From Coriobacteriia bacterium (GTDB taxonomy: Bacteria; Actinomycetota; Coriobacteriia; Coriobacteriales; UMGS124), in assembly GCA_018368455.1 (NCBI GenBank), contig JAGZEG010000004.1, positions 19,617 through 83,616 of the forward strand: a stretch of 64,000 bases of DNA, written 5' to 3'. Below are positions 28,055 through 38,652 of this stretch, in pieces. A program made the translations under genes and the position numbers. The first letter of the stretch is position 1; each line of letters starts with the position of its first letter. The notes beneath the pieces were generated by a model. That model did no database searches. It saw only the letters and a program-made list of their open reading frames with translations, and was not told where the DNA came from.

Positions 28055-28498
28055 ATGGCGCGAACCACGTCAACGACGCTTCTCGAGGCGCCAGGGCACG
28101 CCACCGCTGCAGCTGCAAATGCCTCGGGGGCTGCGCAGATCAACGTCCGCATCGACGCCGGCCTCAAGAGGCGGGGCGATGCCGCGCTGGCCGCCGCAGG
28201 CCTCACACCGTCGCGGGCTGTTCGTGCGCTCTGGGAGCTCGCCGAATCCCATGCTGCTGAGCCGGAGTCTATCCTGCGGGCCATCATGCCCAGTAAGGCA
28301 TGCGCTGTGGAGGAGGAGCGTGCCGCTCGGCTCAGACAACGCGAGGAGGCGTTTGCTCGTGGTCCGCGCGTCGTCGAAGAGGCTTATCGCGCGGCGGGGC
28401 TGTCGTGGCCGGCATATGAGGACGCACCCTCGTATGAGAAGCTCCAGGAGCGGGCCTACGAAGAGCGCTACGGCGAATTGATGGGGTGGACATCGTGA
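28055..28498 (+). CDS. RelB/DinJ-type (ribbon-helix-helix) antitoxin with extended C-terminal region
   Basis: 'QINVRIDAGLKRRGDAALAAAGLTPSRAVRALWE' resembles DinJ/RelB antitoxins. RBS 'ggagatggagg' lies upstream of ATG 28055. The stop overlaps the start of the PIN gene. The track ORF (27701) is over-extended upstream. Confidence 0.65.
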   Translation: MARTTSTTLLEAPGHATAAAANASGAAQINVRIDAGLKRRGDAALAAAGLTPSRAVRALWELAESHAAEPESILRAIMPSKACAVEEERAARLRQREEAFARGPRVVEEAYRAAGLSWPAYEDAPSYEKLQERAYEERYGELMGWTS

Positions 28499-29034
28499 GC
28501 GTCGACGCCTCAAGGGCGGCACGGCGCCTCTCGCTCCTGCTGGATACAAACGTGTGGATCGACTACTACCTTGGGTATCGCCCTCTCCACAGGCAGGCGT
28601 GTGAGTTGGTGAGGCTGGCCGTCAGACTTGACGCCGATGTGCTGTACGCTGTCACTTCGTCAAAGGACTTGTTCTTTCTTATCGCGGCAGACTTCAAGCG
28701 GGAGTATCGCCGCGTGCACGGCGGGATGCTCGATGCCGAGGGCGCTGCCTCGGCGGATGCGGTGGCGTGGGGCTGCCTGGAACACCTGACCGAGAATGCC
28801 ACGGCGGTGGGCTGCGACCTCTCTGACATCTGGTTGGCGTGCAAGCAGCGTCCCCTTCATGCGGACTACGAGGACAATCTCATCGTTGCCGCTGCTCAGC
28901 GCGCCAAGGCTGACCTTCTCGTTACGAGTGACGAGAGCCTGCTGCGCCATTGCCCGGTCGCGGCGCTCGACATCCCCGACGCCATCGCTGCGTTGCGCGT
29001 GCGCGCGAGTGACGCGGAGGAGCCTGAGAACTAG
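28486..29034 (+). CDS. PIN-domain toxin (VapC-like ribonuclease)
   Basis: 'LLLDTNVWIDYYLG' (first acidic PIN residue), later 'DNLIVAAAQRAKADLLVTSDESL' (typical C-terminal PIN motif). GTG starts at 28486/28495 overlap the antitoxin stop. Confidence 0.75.
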   Translation: MDIVSVDASRAARRLSLLLDTNVWIDYYLGYRPLHRQACELVRLAVRLDADVLYAVTSSKDLFFLIAADFKREYRRVHGGMLDAEGAASADAVAWGCLEHLTENATAVGCDLSDIWLACKQRPLHADYEDNLIVAAAQRAKADLLVTSDESLLRHCPVAALDIPDAIAALRVRASDAEEPEN

Positions 29035-29150
29035 GTTTTCGGGGGACTCGCAAACCGATCGCCTCCCGTTCGCACCTCTGATGCCATTCCATTTAGTTTA
29101 ATACAGCTTACATAAACGTATAGCGCGGCGCTCGGTGCTGGGCCATCCCT

Positions 29151-29714
29151 ATGCTCCGCCCGGGTCGTCTGGAGGAGGCTGGCGTGGCACTTGAAAGGGA
29201 CACCGTCCAGCACACGCTATGTATTCCGCTGTGGGGCCGTGCAATCTCCGCGCAGCGACAGCCGGATTTCTTTCCCGACCCCGACGCCGCGCGCATTCTC
29301 AGCGAGCTGGGAGAGCCTCGGCTGGCGAGCCTGTTCTACCGGCTGGAATATCCCGGGTTGCAGTGCATCGTGCGCCAGTACGATATGGCGTGTGAGATTG
29401 AGGGCTATGTGCGTGAGCATCCTGGGGCCTGCGTCATCGAGCTGGGCTTCGGCCTCTCGTGTCTGCGCCGGCAGATGACGGCTGGCCACGCGCTCCTACT
29501 TTTCGCTCGAGGACCCGGTGCGCGAGGTCCCTCTGGGAGCCCCCATATCGTCGGGGCATCCGAATGCGACTACCTGAGTGTCTACGCAACACCGGGCGTG
29601 ACGTATCGAGCTGGTTGGCTCACCCGCCGCATCATGACCCACATGCGCCGCCGTCATCTGGGCTTTATCGTCCACGTGGACTTTGCGGAGCCGGGGGCGG
29701 GAGGCGCGCGATGA
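29151..29714 (+). pseudogene. Remnant of a class I SAM-dependent (LCM/TcmP-like) methyltransferase
   Basis: The first approx 110 aa ('TLCIPLWGRAISAQRQPDFFPDPDAARIL...ACVIELGFGLSCLRRQ') resemble the N-terminus of COG3315-type O-methyltransferases. The remainder loses resemblance and the ORF is approx 90 aa shorter than family members, suggesting an internal deletion or frameshift. Confidence 0.4.
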
Positions 29715-30782
29715 GGGTGCTCGTGTACGGGGCGGGCGTGCTGGGCTGTCTGCTGGCGCATCGACTGCAGACGTCAGGCTGCGCTGACGTCACGCTGCTG
29801 GCGCGCGGAGCGTGGGCGGACGTGCTTGAGCGCGACGGCCTGACCATCCGGAATATCCTGCAGCGCCGCACGACGACCGATCGTGTGCGCATCATTCGCG
29901 AGCTGGTACCGGACGACGCCTATGACCTCGCGTTTGTCGTGATGCAGGCGAGGCAGGTTCCTGACGTTCTGCCCACGCTGGCGGCTGCGAGTGCCGTGCG
30001 CCGTGTCGTGTTCGTGGGCAACAACGCCGACGCGCAGGGCACGGCCGCGCGTCTTACCGAGCTGAAGGCACGGCGGCCGTCTGGTGCCGGTGGGGTTGTG
30101 TCTAGCCCGCGCGAAATCGCATTCGCCTTCCAATCGACGGGAGGGCGCCGGGAGGCCGGACGGGTCATCAGCGTGTACGCGCGGCTGGGCATGACGCTGG
30201 GCGGGGCCGACGTCGCTCTCCGAAGGGTTTCGCCGCGAGGTGGAGGGGCTGCTTGCCGCTGCGGGCTATCGCGTAACGCGCGAGGACCAGATGGATGCCT
30301 GGCTCAAGTGCCATCTTGCCTTCATCCTGCCCATCGCGTTTGTCTCCTATACGTGCGGCTGCGACCTGAGACGCTCGACAAGGGCCCAGCGCCGTGCCAT
30401 CCTCGATGCCTGTCGCGAGGGATATGCACTGCTAGCGGCCCGGGGCATCCCGATTCGCCCCGCCGGCGACGAGGTGTATCTGGAGCCGGGGCCCCGCCGC
30501 CCGCTCCTGGCAGCGATGGTATACGCCATGGCGAAGACGCCGCTCGGCCGCCTCGCCGTGACGGATCACTGCGCCCATGCCGTCGCCGAGATGCGCGACC
30601 TCACGCGAGTCTTCGAACGCCTGCGCGTGGCCCTGCCGGCGCCAGATGAGCCGCCACGGTCCAACCACATGCGCCCGGTTTCGTTCGCGATGCCAACCTG
30701 GGACACCCTACGCGCCCAGATGCCAAGTTGGGATGACCTGTTGGCCGACCCGCGTTGTTCATCCTGTAGGAACGGCTACTAG
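29711..30782 (+). pseudogene. Frameshifted 2-dehydropantoate 2-reductase (ApbA/PanE)-family oxidoreductase
   Basis: The N-domain 'MRVLVYGAGVLGCLLAHRLQTSGCADVTLLARG' is in the frame of 29711. The C-domain ('MDAWLKCHLAFILPIAF...AMAKTPLGRLAVTDHCAHAVAEMRDL') is in the +1 frame from approx 30220 (track ORF 30240..30782). A single-nt indel near 30190-30240 is implied. Confidence 0.65.
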
Positions 30783-30789
30783 GAACAGT

Positions 30790-31300
30790 GTTCTCCCGCT
30801 GTTTGCACGGGAGCTTGTGGGCAAAGAAATTCATCGCTATTATTAGCAATGCTTTTCCCTTATAGGATGGAACATGCTCTTTGTCGTTTTTATTAGGTAA
30901 ATCAAAATAATATGTATTTTTATAAATTATTAGTTTTGATAATAGATTATCTCTACTTAATTTCATTATATCATAACATTTAGTAATATCAAAACTTCAT
31001 CTGATGCTTTGCATGCATTCGCAAAGCAATACCGAACTTCAATATCATTCCAAGTATCATCGGATATCGATGATTTGCTGGCGTATTCGGGCCACGCTTT
31101 CTCTATTTCACGTAACCGTCTATTTTCATAAAAGAAAATCCTCTGCTCTGCCTGTGAGTTTTCGCTACCGCTTACACCATGGTCTTTGATATAGAGATCG
31201 CGAACATAGTCATCTCTCGTATACGCCATTATTCGTCTCCTTAAAGCAGTAATTTACCTATTAAAATTATAGATAATATGTAGGCCGCGTAGCTATTTTG
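30790..31300. other. AT-rich foreign insert (compositional island)
   Basis: Hand counts of individual 60-nt lines give roughly 13-35% G+C (e.g. 30901-30960 has 8 G/C of 60), against a clearly GC-rich background. It carries a minus-strand TATAAT box, an RBS, one small ORF and the 5' end of a second, truncated ORF. Confidence 0.6.
30966..31229 (-). CDS. Hypothetical small protein (87 aa) encoded in the AT-rich insert
   Basis: RBS 'aaggagacgaata' lies upstream of the ATG and 'tataat' approx 45 nt upstream. The stop overlaps (TAATG) the start of a second AT-rich ORF (MKLSRDNLLSKLIIYKNTYYFDLPNKNDKEH...), which runs out of the island into GC-rich antisense sequence and is probably truncated. I recognise no family. 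Confidence 0.35.
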   Translation of the reverse strand: MAYTRDDYVRDLYIKDHGVSGSENSQAEQRIFFYENRRLREIEKAWPEYASKSSISDDTWNDIEVRYCFANACKASDEVLILLNVMI

Positions 31301-31645
31301 CAAGCGGGGGGTGTCAATGCCTCTTCTGATATTCGCAAAACTCGATGCAAATTTGCTTTGTGTGATGGGTTGTCAGAACACCTTCTATCCACCGAATGCT
31401 TCGACGCCCTGCATGGCGGACGTCGGCACGGGTCTTATGAAGATACGTGGGGCCAAGTGCGCTCGATCACCAGTCGGAGACTAGGGTGGATGGACTTTTG
31501 CCCGCCGAGTAATATGCGCTTCTCTCCAGGGGTGAGAAGAAGTGCCTGCAACTTCTCGCGAATGACGAGAAGTTTTGGTAGAATCTTCTTGTGAATAACA
31601 CGAAGTATGGCTATGCCGAATTATGCCAATCGGAGGATGACCCTT

Positions 31646-33013
31646 ATGTCGCCCACGATGCACGACTATGCCGAGCTTGTTCGAGAGGCTCGCGCGTTTG
31701 TGTTTCCTCATCCCAGCGAGCGCATCGATGTCATACGGGAGCTGCCGGCTCCTGCCCTGTTCAACCTCGTCCACATCATTACGGGCGTGCGGCGCTGTGG
31801 TAAGACGTTCTATGCGTTTCAGCTGATAAATCGCCTGCTCTCCCAGGGTGTTTCCCGTGACAGCATCCTGTACTTCAACTTTGCCGACGATCGACTGAGG
31901 CCCGCGTCGCCCACGCTGCTGAGCGACGTTGTCGAGGAGTACTGGCGACAGGTTCCTTCCGCGCGCTCCCAGGGCTGCTATCTGTTTCTCGATGAGGTCC
32001 AGGAGGCGGAGAACTGGCAGGGCGTTTGCCAGCGACTTGCGGAGCACGAGCGCGTGACGCTAGTTATCACGGGATCGTCGTCAAAGCTGTCGGCCGACGA
32101 GATCGCCTCGACGTTTCGCGGACGCTCTCAAGAGCATCCGATGCGCCCCCTCTCGTTTCGCGAGTACTGCCTCTTTCACGACATCGAGACGCCGTCTGCC
32201 GAGGAGCTGCGAGCCGTGGGCGCGGTGCCGCCCGACATGCGAACGCAACTTGAGGGGGCGTTCTCGCGTTATCTTGTCATGGGTGGCTTCCCTGGCGTCC
32301 AGCACATGGGCCCGGAGGAGCGCACCATGATGCTGCAGGCGTACATGCGCGACGTCGTGGCGCGCGACGTTGTCGAACGCTACGGTCGTGCAGACATTGC
32401 GCTGGCTACGCAGGTGGCTCTGTTTGGCTTGCGCAACACGGCGTGCGACCTCTCGGTGAACAACCTGGTTGAGAGCCTGCGCACCGTGGGCTACCGGACT
32501 TCGTGGGAGACCGTGAACGAGGTGGTCCGACTGTTCTGCCAGGCGCACCTGTTGAGCCTGCTGCCCGAATACGCCACCTCTCTAGCGCCGAGTACGGCCG
32601 CCTCCAAGGTGTACGCTGTTGACACCGGTCTAGCCCATGCGACTGCCCGGGCGAGCCAGCAGGACGTGGGAAAACGTTTGGAGACTGCCGTCTTTAGCGA
32701 GCTTGAGCGTAGAAGAGCCGGGAGCCGGATTGAAACAATAACCTCATACACCGCCCCAACGTCGCGTCGCGAGAAGGTCGACTTCCTGGTGGGCGATGCG
32801 TTGGCAAGTGAACCGTACGAGCTTATCCAAGTCACAGCCGACATGAGCGCCGAGAAAACGCGTCGGCGAGAGATTGGCTCTCTCGAGGTGGCGATGACCC
32901 AGACGGGGGTTGCTGCCGGCACCATCATCACCTTGCGTGAGAACGGGTCTGTCACGAACGACGGGGGCACCATTCGCATTATTCCAGCATGGAAGTGGGC
33001 GCTCGAGGCGTAG
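31646..33013 (+). CDS. AAA-family ATPase with C-terminal DUF4143 domain (COG1373-type)
   Basis: Walker A 'ITGVRRCGKTF', Walker B 'LFLDEVQEAENW', 'LVITGSSSKL'. The C-terminal 'KVDFLVGD...YELIQVTAD' region corresponds to DUF4143. RBS 'ggagga' lies upstream of ATG 31646. The gene looks visibly lower in GC than its neighbours. Confidence 0.8.
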   Translation: MSPTMHDYAELVREARAFVFPHPSERIDVIRELPAPALFNLVHIITGVRRCGKTFYAFQLINRLLSQGVSRDSILYFNFADDRLRPASPTLLSDVVEEYWRQVPSARSQGCYLFLDEVQEAENWQGVCQRLAEHERVTLVITGSSSKLSADEIASTFRGRSQEHPMRPLSFREYCLFHDIETPSAEELRAVGAVPPDMRTQLEGAFSRYLVMGGFPGVQHMGPEERTMMLQAYMRDVVARDVVERYGRADIALATQVALFGLRNTACDLSVNNLVESLRTVGYRTSWETVNEVVRLFCQAHLLSLLPEYATSLAPSTAASKVYAVDTGLAHATARASQQDVGKRLETAVFSELERRRAGSRIETITSYTAPTSRREKVDFLVGDALASEPYELIQVTADMSAEKTRRREIGSLEVAMTQTGVAAGTIITLRENGSVTNDGGTIRIIPAWKWALEA

Positions 33014-33033
33014 GACGTACGGCAGCTGGTGGT

Positions 33034-34389
33034 CTACTCCCCGAAGCCGCGGGCGAGGAACTCGGTCGTGTACGCGAGCGTGGCGGCGACGCCGAGGGCC
33101 AGCGCGTCCTCGTCGATGTCGAACTGCGGGGTGTGGTGGGGCGCGCCAGTGCCTGCGGCCTCGTTGGCGATGCCGACGTGGGCGAAGACGCCGGGGTAGC
33201 GCCGCAGGTAGTGGCCGAAGCTCTCCGAGGCGTACCACGGCGCGCACGCCGAGACAGCGCCCTCGGGCAGCACGTCTGCTAAGGCTCGCTTGGCCAATGC
33301 GGCGGCGCGGGCCTCGTTCACGACGGGCAACGCGAGGTCGGCTGTTCCCCGAACCTCGGCCGTGCACCCGTGCATGGCGGCCGTATGCTCGGCAACGCTT
33401 CGCACGATAGCAAGTGCTTGGCGCCCAGCTCCTTCGTCGAAGAAGCGCATCAACCCGGTGATGCGCGCCTCGTCGGGGATGACGTTGAACGCCTGGCCGC
33501 CGCTGATCGTCGTGGGTCCCAACGTGACGGGCGTGTTGGGCGCGATCTGGTTCACCCAGGCAACCGCGAGGTTGTTGAGCAGGTTGGCCGCGACGAACGT
33601 GGGATTGCGCGCCATGTCAGGCCGCGAGCCATGGCCGCCGAGGCCGTGAATCGTGACGTCGAGGTCGGCCGCGCCCGCCATGCGAGGGCCGGCGTCGACG
33701 CAGATACGCCCGGAGGCGAGCCCCGCGTAGAGGTGGATGCCCCACACGGTCTCGATGGGGTAGCGCTCGATGGCTGCCAAGACGTGCGGGAAGCCCGCCA
33801 TCGTCTCTTCTGCTGCCTCGAAGCATAGGATGACGGTGCCGCTGAGCCGTCCCTCGTCGCGCAGGCGGGCCATGGCGCGGGCGGCGCCGAGCAGCATGGC
33901 TGTGTGACCGTCGTGCCCGCAGGCGTGGGAGGTGGTCCCCGTGCTCGAGACGCAGGCGCGTGGCCCGGCGAGGTTGCACGGATCCTCGGAGACGGGTAGC
34001 GCGTCCATGTCGGCTCGCAGCGCGACGCAGCGGCCTGGTCGGCCGGTCTCCAGTACGCCGATCACGGAGGTGCTTGCCGGCGTGGCGTCCGAGGCTGAGG
34101 TTGCCGGCTCGCCCGTGCTCCCGACGGCCTCGTTCTTAGCAGTCTTGCTCCTGATGCCGTCGCTCGCCAGATAGTTCTCAATTCCCAGCGCATCGAGCTC
34201 GCGGCGCACCAGCGCGCTTGTCTCGAACTCCTGCCCGCTGAGCTCGGCGAGCCCGTGGATGCGTCGGCGCATCTCGACGACGTACCCCGTCCCTTGGCAC
34301 ACGAGCTCCCGAATCTGCTCCGTGCTTGCAGGTGCCATTGTGGTGGAGTCGAAAGTCGAAGATGTCTGCGAGGCGGGGGAATGCGGCAT
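33034..34389 (-). CDS. M20-family amidohydrolase (N-acyl-L-amino-acid amidohydrolase / peptidase M20D type)
   Basis: 'SHACGHDGHTAMLLGAARAM' metal-binding motif and 'AGAADLDVTIHGLGGHGSRPD' dimerisation-domain motif. It is the last gene of the minus-strand peptide ABC operon. Confidence 0.85.
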   Translation of the reverse strand: MPHSPASQTSSTFDSTTMAPASTEQIRELVCQGTGYVVEMRRRIHGLAELSGQEFETSALVRRELDALGIENYLASDGIRSKTAKNEAVGSTGEPATSASDATPASTSVIGVLETGRPGRCVALRADMDALPVSEDPCNLAGPRACVSSTGTTSHACGHDGHTAMLLGAARAMARLRDEGRLSGTVILCFEAAEETMAGFPHVLAAIERYPIETVWGIHLYAGLASGRICVDAGPRMAGAADLDVTIHGLGGHGSRPDMARNPTFVAANLLNNLAVAWVNQIAPNTPVTLGPTTISGGQAFNVIPDEARITGLMRFFDEGAGRQALAIVRSVAEHTAAMHGCTAEVRGTADLALPVVNEARAAALAKRALADVLPEGAVSACAPWYASESFGHYLRRYPGVFAHVGIANEAAGTGAPHHTPQFDIDEDALALGVAATLAYTTEFLARGFGE

Positions 34390-34505
34390 GGGGGCTCCTC
34401 GGGTTGGCGGCGTACGGCCTGGCGGTGTGCCAGCGGGGATGTACCGTGCATTCTACGGACGTTTCCTCGAAAGAGGGCGACAATGCACGCGACAGGCGGC
34501 TCCCT

Positions 34506-35471
34506 CTACTCCTCGTACAGATGGCATGCGACCGTGTGACCGGGGGCGAACTCGCGGATGGCGGGCTCGACGCGCGCGCAGACGTCCATGCGACGTGGGC
34601 ACCTCCCGCAGAAGCGGCAGCCGGGCGTGGGGTTCACGGGACTCGGAGCGTCGCCGCTCAGCACGATGCGCTCCCGTTCGTGTGCGAGCTTGGGGTCGGG
34701 GATGGGCGCGGCGGCGAGCAACGCGCGGGTGTAGGGGTGCAACGGCTCGCGGTAGAGCTCCTCGGCCGGCGCGTGCTCCACGAGCTTGCCCAGGTACATG
34801 ACGCCCACCTGGTCGGAAATCTGCTTGACGACAGCCAGGTCGTGCGCGATGAACAGCATCGTGAGCCCGCGCTCGCGCTGCAGTCGGATGAGCAGGTTCA
34901 CGATCTGCGCCTGCAGGGAGACGTCCAGCGCCGACACGGGCTCGTCACACAGCAGAAACTCCGGGCCCACCGACAGTGCCCGCGCGATGCCGATGCGCTG
35001 ACGCTGCCCGCCCGAGAACTCGTGCACGTTGCGCTCGGCGCACTCGGTACCCAAGCCCACCTGGTCGAGCAGGTTGAACACCATCGTGCGCTCCTCGGCC
35101 CGGCTGCGCGCCAGCTTGTGAATGCGGATGCCCTCGGCCACGATGGCGTAGACCTTCTGCTGTGGGTCGAGCGAGGCATAGGGGTCCTGGAACACCATCT
35201 GCGCCTGCCGCGTGAAGGCGAAGCGCTCGCGGCGCCCCATCGTGTGGACGTCGGCGCCGCGGAAGCGCACCTGCCCGTCCGTGCGGCCCAGCACGCCAAG
35301 GCACGTCTTGCCGCATGTCGTCTTGCCGCAGCCTGACTCGCCCACCAGGCCGAGCGTCTCGCCGCGCCGAATGGAAAACGACACGTCGTCGACGGCCTTG
35401 AGCAGCTGGCCTGCGCCAACGGGATAGTACTTCTTGAGGTGCGACACCTCGAGTTCCACGTCGCCGGCCAT
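34506..35471 (-). CDS. Oligopeptide/dipeptide ABC transporter ATP-binding protein (OppF/DppF-like)
   Basis: Walker A 'GESGCGKTT', signature 'FSGGQRQRIGIARAL', Walker B 'LLCDEPVSALD', and the C-terminal oligopeptide-transporter extension 'PLHPYTRALL...CRFCGRCP'. Confidence 0.9.
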   Translation of the reverse strand: MAGDVELEVSHLKKYYPVGAGQLLKAVDDVSFSIRRGETLGLVGESGCGKTTCGKTCLGVLGRTDGQVRFRGADVHTMGRRERFAFTRQAQMVFQDPYASLDPQQKVYAIVAEGIRIHKLARSRAEERTMVFNLLDQVGLGTECAERNVHEFSGGQRQRIGIARALSVGPEFLLCDEPVSALDVSLQAQIVNLLIRLQRERGLTMLFIAHDLAVVKQISDQVGVMYLGKLVEHAPAEELYREPLHPYTRALLAAAPIPDPKLAHERERIVLSGDAPSPVNPTPGCRFCGRCPRRMDVCARVEPAIREFAPGHTVACHLYEE

Positions 35472-36614
<1,143 letters not shown>

Positions 36615-37613
36615 CTACCTCGCCACCTTCGGCGCCAGCGCGCTGCGCAGCACGTCTCCCAGCAGGTTGAACGCCAGCACGGTGATCAGGATCATCAGTC
36701 CCGGGTACACGGCCAGCATCGGGTGGCTTAGGATCTGCGCCTGGGCACCCTGTAGCATGCTGCCCCACGACGCGTAGGGAATGGATACGCCCAGCCCCAG
36801 AAAGCTCAGCGACGACTCCGACAGGATGGCGCTGGCCACGCTCAGGCTTGCCGCGACGCTCACCGGCCCTAGGATGTTCGGCAGGATGTGCAGCACGGCC
36901 ATGCGTAGGTGTCCCGCGCCTAGCTGCCGCGTCGCCACCATGAAGTCGCGCTCCTTGAGCGAGAGCGTCTCGGCGCGGGTGATGCGGGCGACCGACGCCC
37001 ACCCGAACAGGCTGAGCACGGCGATGAGCGTTGGGATGCTCGGTCGCAGAAACGCGTTGAGAATGACCATGAGCAGCATGCTCGGCAGCGCGAGGAACAC
37101 GTCGGTGAAGCGCATGAGCAGCGTGTCGAGCTTGCCGCCCACATAGCCCGCCGCGATGCCGATGAGCGAGCCCAGGGCCACCGTCAGCAGCATGGCGCAG
37201 AAGCCGACGAGCAGCGAGATACGCCCGCCGTACAGCACACGCGTGAAGTAGTCGCGGCCGTACTCATCGGTGCCGAACCAGTGCGCCGCCGAGGGCCCGA
37301 GCAGCTTGGACTTGACGTCGAGCGCGTAGGGGTCGTAGGGCGACAGCGGCGCCAGCAGCGTCGCGATAATGACGACCAGCAGCAGGATCGTGCTGACGAG
37401 CGCGAGCTTGTTGGCGACGAGCTCGCGCAGGAACGTTCGCGCGAAGCCGATGGCCTTGGGAGGCAGTTGCGTGCGATCGCGCTTCTCGAGCCGCTCGAAC
37501 GCGCCGGCCTCGAACTCGAGCCGCGGCAGCGCCCGGCCCTGGGCAGCTGGCATCTCGGCCTCGTCCTCGGTGGCAACGCTTCCGGCCTCGATGACGTACC
37601 CAGTCCTAGCCAC
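36615..37613 (-). CDS. Peptide ABC transporter permease (DppC/OppC-like)
   Basis: Multi-TM protein with an N-terminal OppC-type region and the BPD-transporter motif 'ETLSLKERDFMVATRQLGAGHLRMAVLHILPN'. Confidence 0.9.
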   Translation of the reverse strand: MARTGYVIEAGSVATEDEAEMPAAQGRALPRLEFEAGAFERLEKRDRTQLPPKAIGFARTFLRELVANKLALVSTILLLVVIIATLLAPLSPYDPYALDVKSKLLGPSAAHWFGTDEYGRDYFTRVLYGGRISLLVGFCAMLLTVALGSLIGIAAGYVGGKLDTLLMRFTDVFLALPSMLLMVILNAFLRPSIPTLIAVLSLFGWASVARITRAETLSLKERDFMVATRQLGAGHLRMAVLHILPNILGPVSVAASLSVASAILSESSLSFLGLGVSIPYASWGSMLQGAQAQILSHPMLAVYPGLMILITVLAFNLLGDVLRSALAPKVAR

Positions 37614-38580
37614 GGTGGCCCCCCTTCTCGGCGACGAGCTTGATGCGCGGGTCGACGACGGCGTACAGCACGTCGGCCAGGAAGTTGCCCACGACGAGGA
37701 TCGTGCCCGACAGCATGATGTAGGCCATGATGACTGTGTAGTCGCGCGCCCCGATGGCGCTCATCGCCAGCGTGCCTACGCCGGGCCAGCCGAACACGGT
37801 CTCAATGATGAACGAGCCGCATACCAGCGATGCCAGGTTCATGCCCAGCAGTGTCACGATCGGCAGCAGCGTGTTCTTGAGCACGTGCTTGAACAGCACC
37901 TTCACTCGCGGCGTGCCTCGCGACTCCGACGCCAGCACGTACTCCTCGCCCAGCTGGCCTATCGTGTTGGCTCGGATGTAGCGGATGTAGACGGCCACCT
38001 CGCCCAGCGCCAGCGCCAGCGTCGGCATGATGAGGTGCCGCAGCGTGTCCAGGGGCCCCTCGGAGCCTACGGTGTGCATGCCCGAGGAGGGCAGCACGTG
38101 CAGCACGGCTGCGAACAGGATGATGAGCAGCATGCCGAACCAAAACGAGGGGATGGACATGCCGACGTAGGACACTCCGCTGATGATGGCGTCGGCCTTC
38201 GAGTTGCGCCGGTAGCCAGCCCACAGCCCCAGCGGGATGGCCAGCACGAGAGCCAGTCCTAGCGAGCTGCCCATGAGCAACAGCGTGGCGGGCAGGCGGT
38301 TGGCGAGAAGCGTTGCAACCGGCATGTCGTGATTCGTCGCCGAGACGCCGAGGTCTCCCTGTATCGCTTTGGATGCCCAGGCGAGGTACTGCTCGGGCAG
38401 GCTCTTATCGAGCCCGAGCGTCGCAATGACGGCAGAACGTTGCTCATCGGTCATGTCGGGCGTGATGTACATCTGCGAGATGTCGCCGGGCGCGAAGTAG
38501 ATGACCGCAAACGACAGAAACGAGATGAGCACGAGCACGACGGCGAGTTGGACGGCTTTCTTGACGACGTATCTCAGCAT
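37606..38580 (-). CDS. Peptide ABC transporter permease (DppB/OppB-like)
   Basis: 'MLRYVVKKAVQLAVVLVLISFLSFAVIYFAPGD' is the typical DppB N-terminus. 'SESRGTPRVKVLFKHVLKN' is the EAA-type loop. It overlaps the next gene by 8 nt. Confidence 0.9.
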   Translation of the reverse strand: MLRYVVKKAVQLAVVLVLISFLSFAVIYFAPGDISQMYITPDMTDEQRSAVIATLGLDKSLPEQYLAWASKAIQGDLGVSATNHDMPVATLLANRLPATLLLMGSSLGLALVLAIPLGLWAGYRRNSKADAIISGVSYVGMSIPSFWFGMLLIILFAAVLHVLPSSGMHTVGSEGPLDTLRHLIMPTLALALGEVAVYIRYIRANTIGQLGEEYVLASESRGTPRVKVLFKHVLKNTLLPIVTLLGMNLASLVCGSFIIETVFGWPGVGTLAMSAIGARDYTVIMAYIMLSGTILVVGNFLADVLYAVVDPRIKLVAEKGGHRG

Positions 38581-38652
38581 GGAGGGACTTTCTTTTGGGG
38601 GCGAGCCCTCCGCGTTTGCGCAGAGGGCCCGCCTGCGTTATGAGGCTCTCTC

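Noticed and set aside
30601-30966. The 121-aa ORF starting in the AT-rich island as an intact gene.
   Set aside because: Only its first approx 60 codons are AT-rich. The rest runs antisense through the GC-rich 3' end and terminator hairpin of the ketopantoate-reductase-like gene. It is most likely a truncated gene fused by chance to an open antisense frame.
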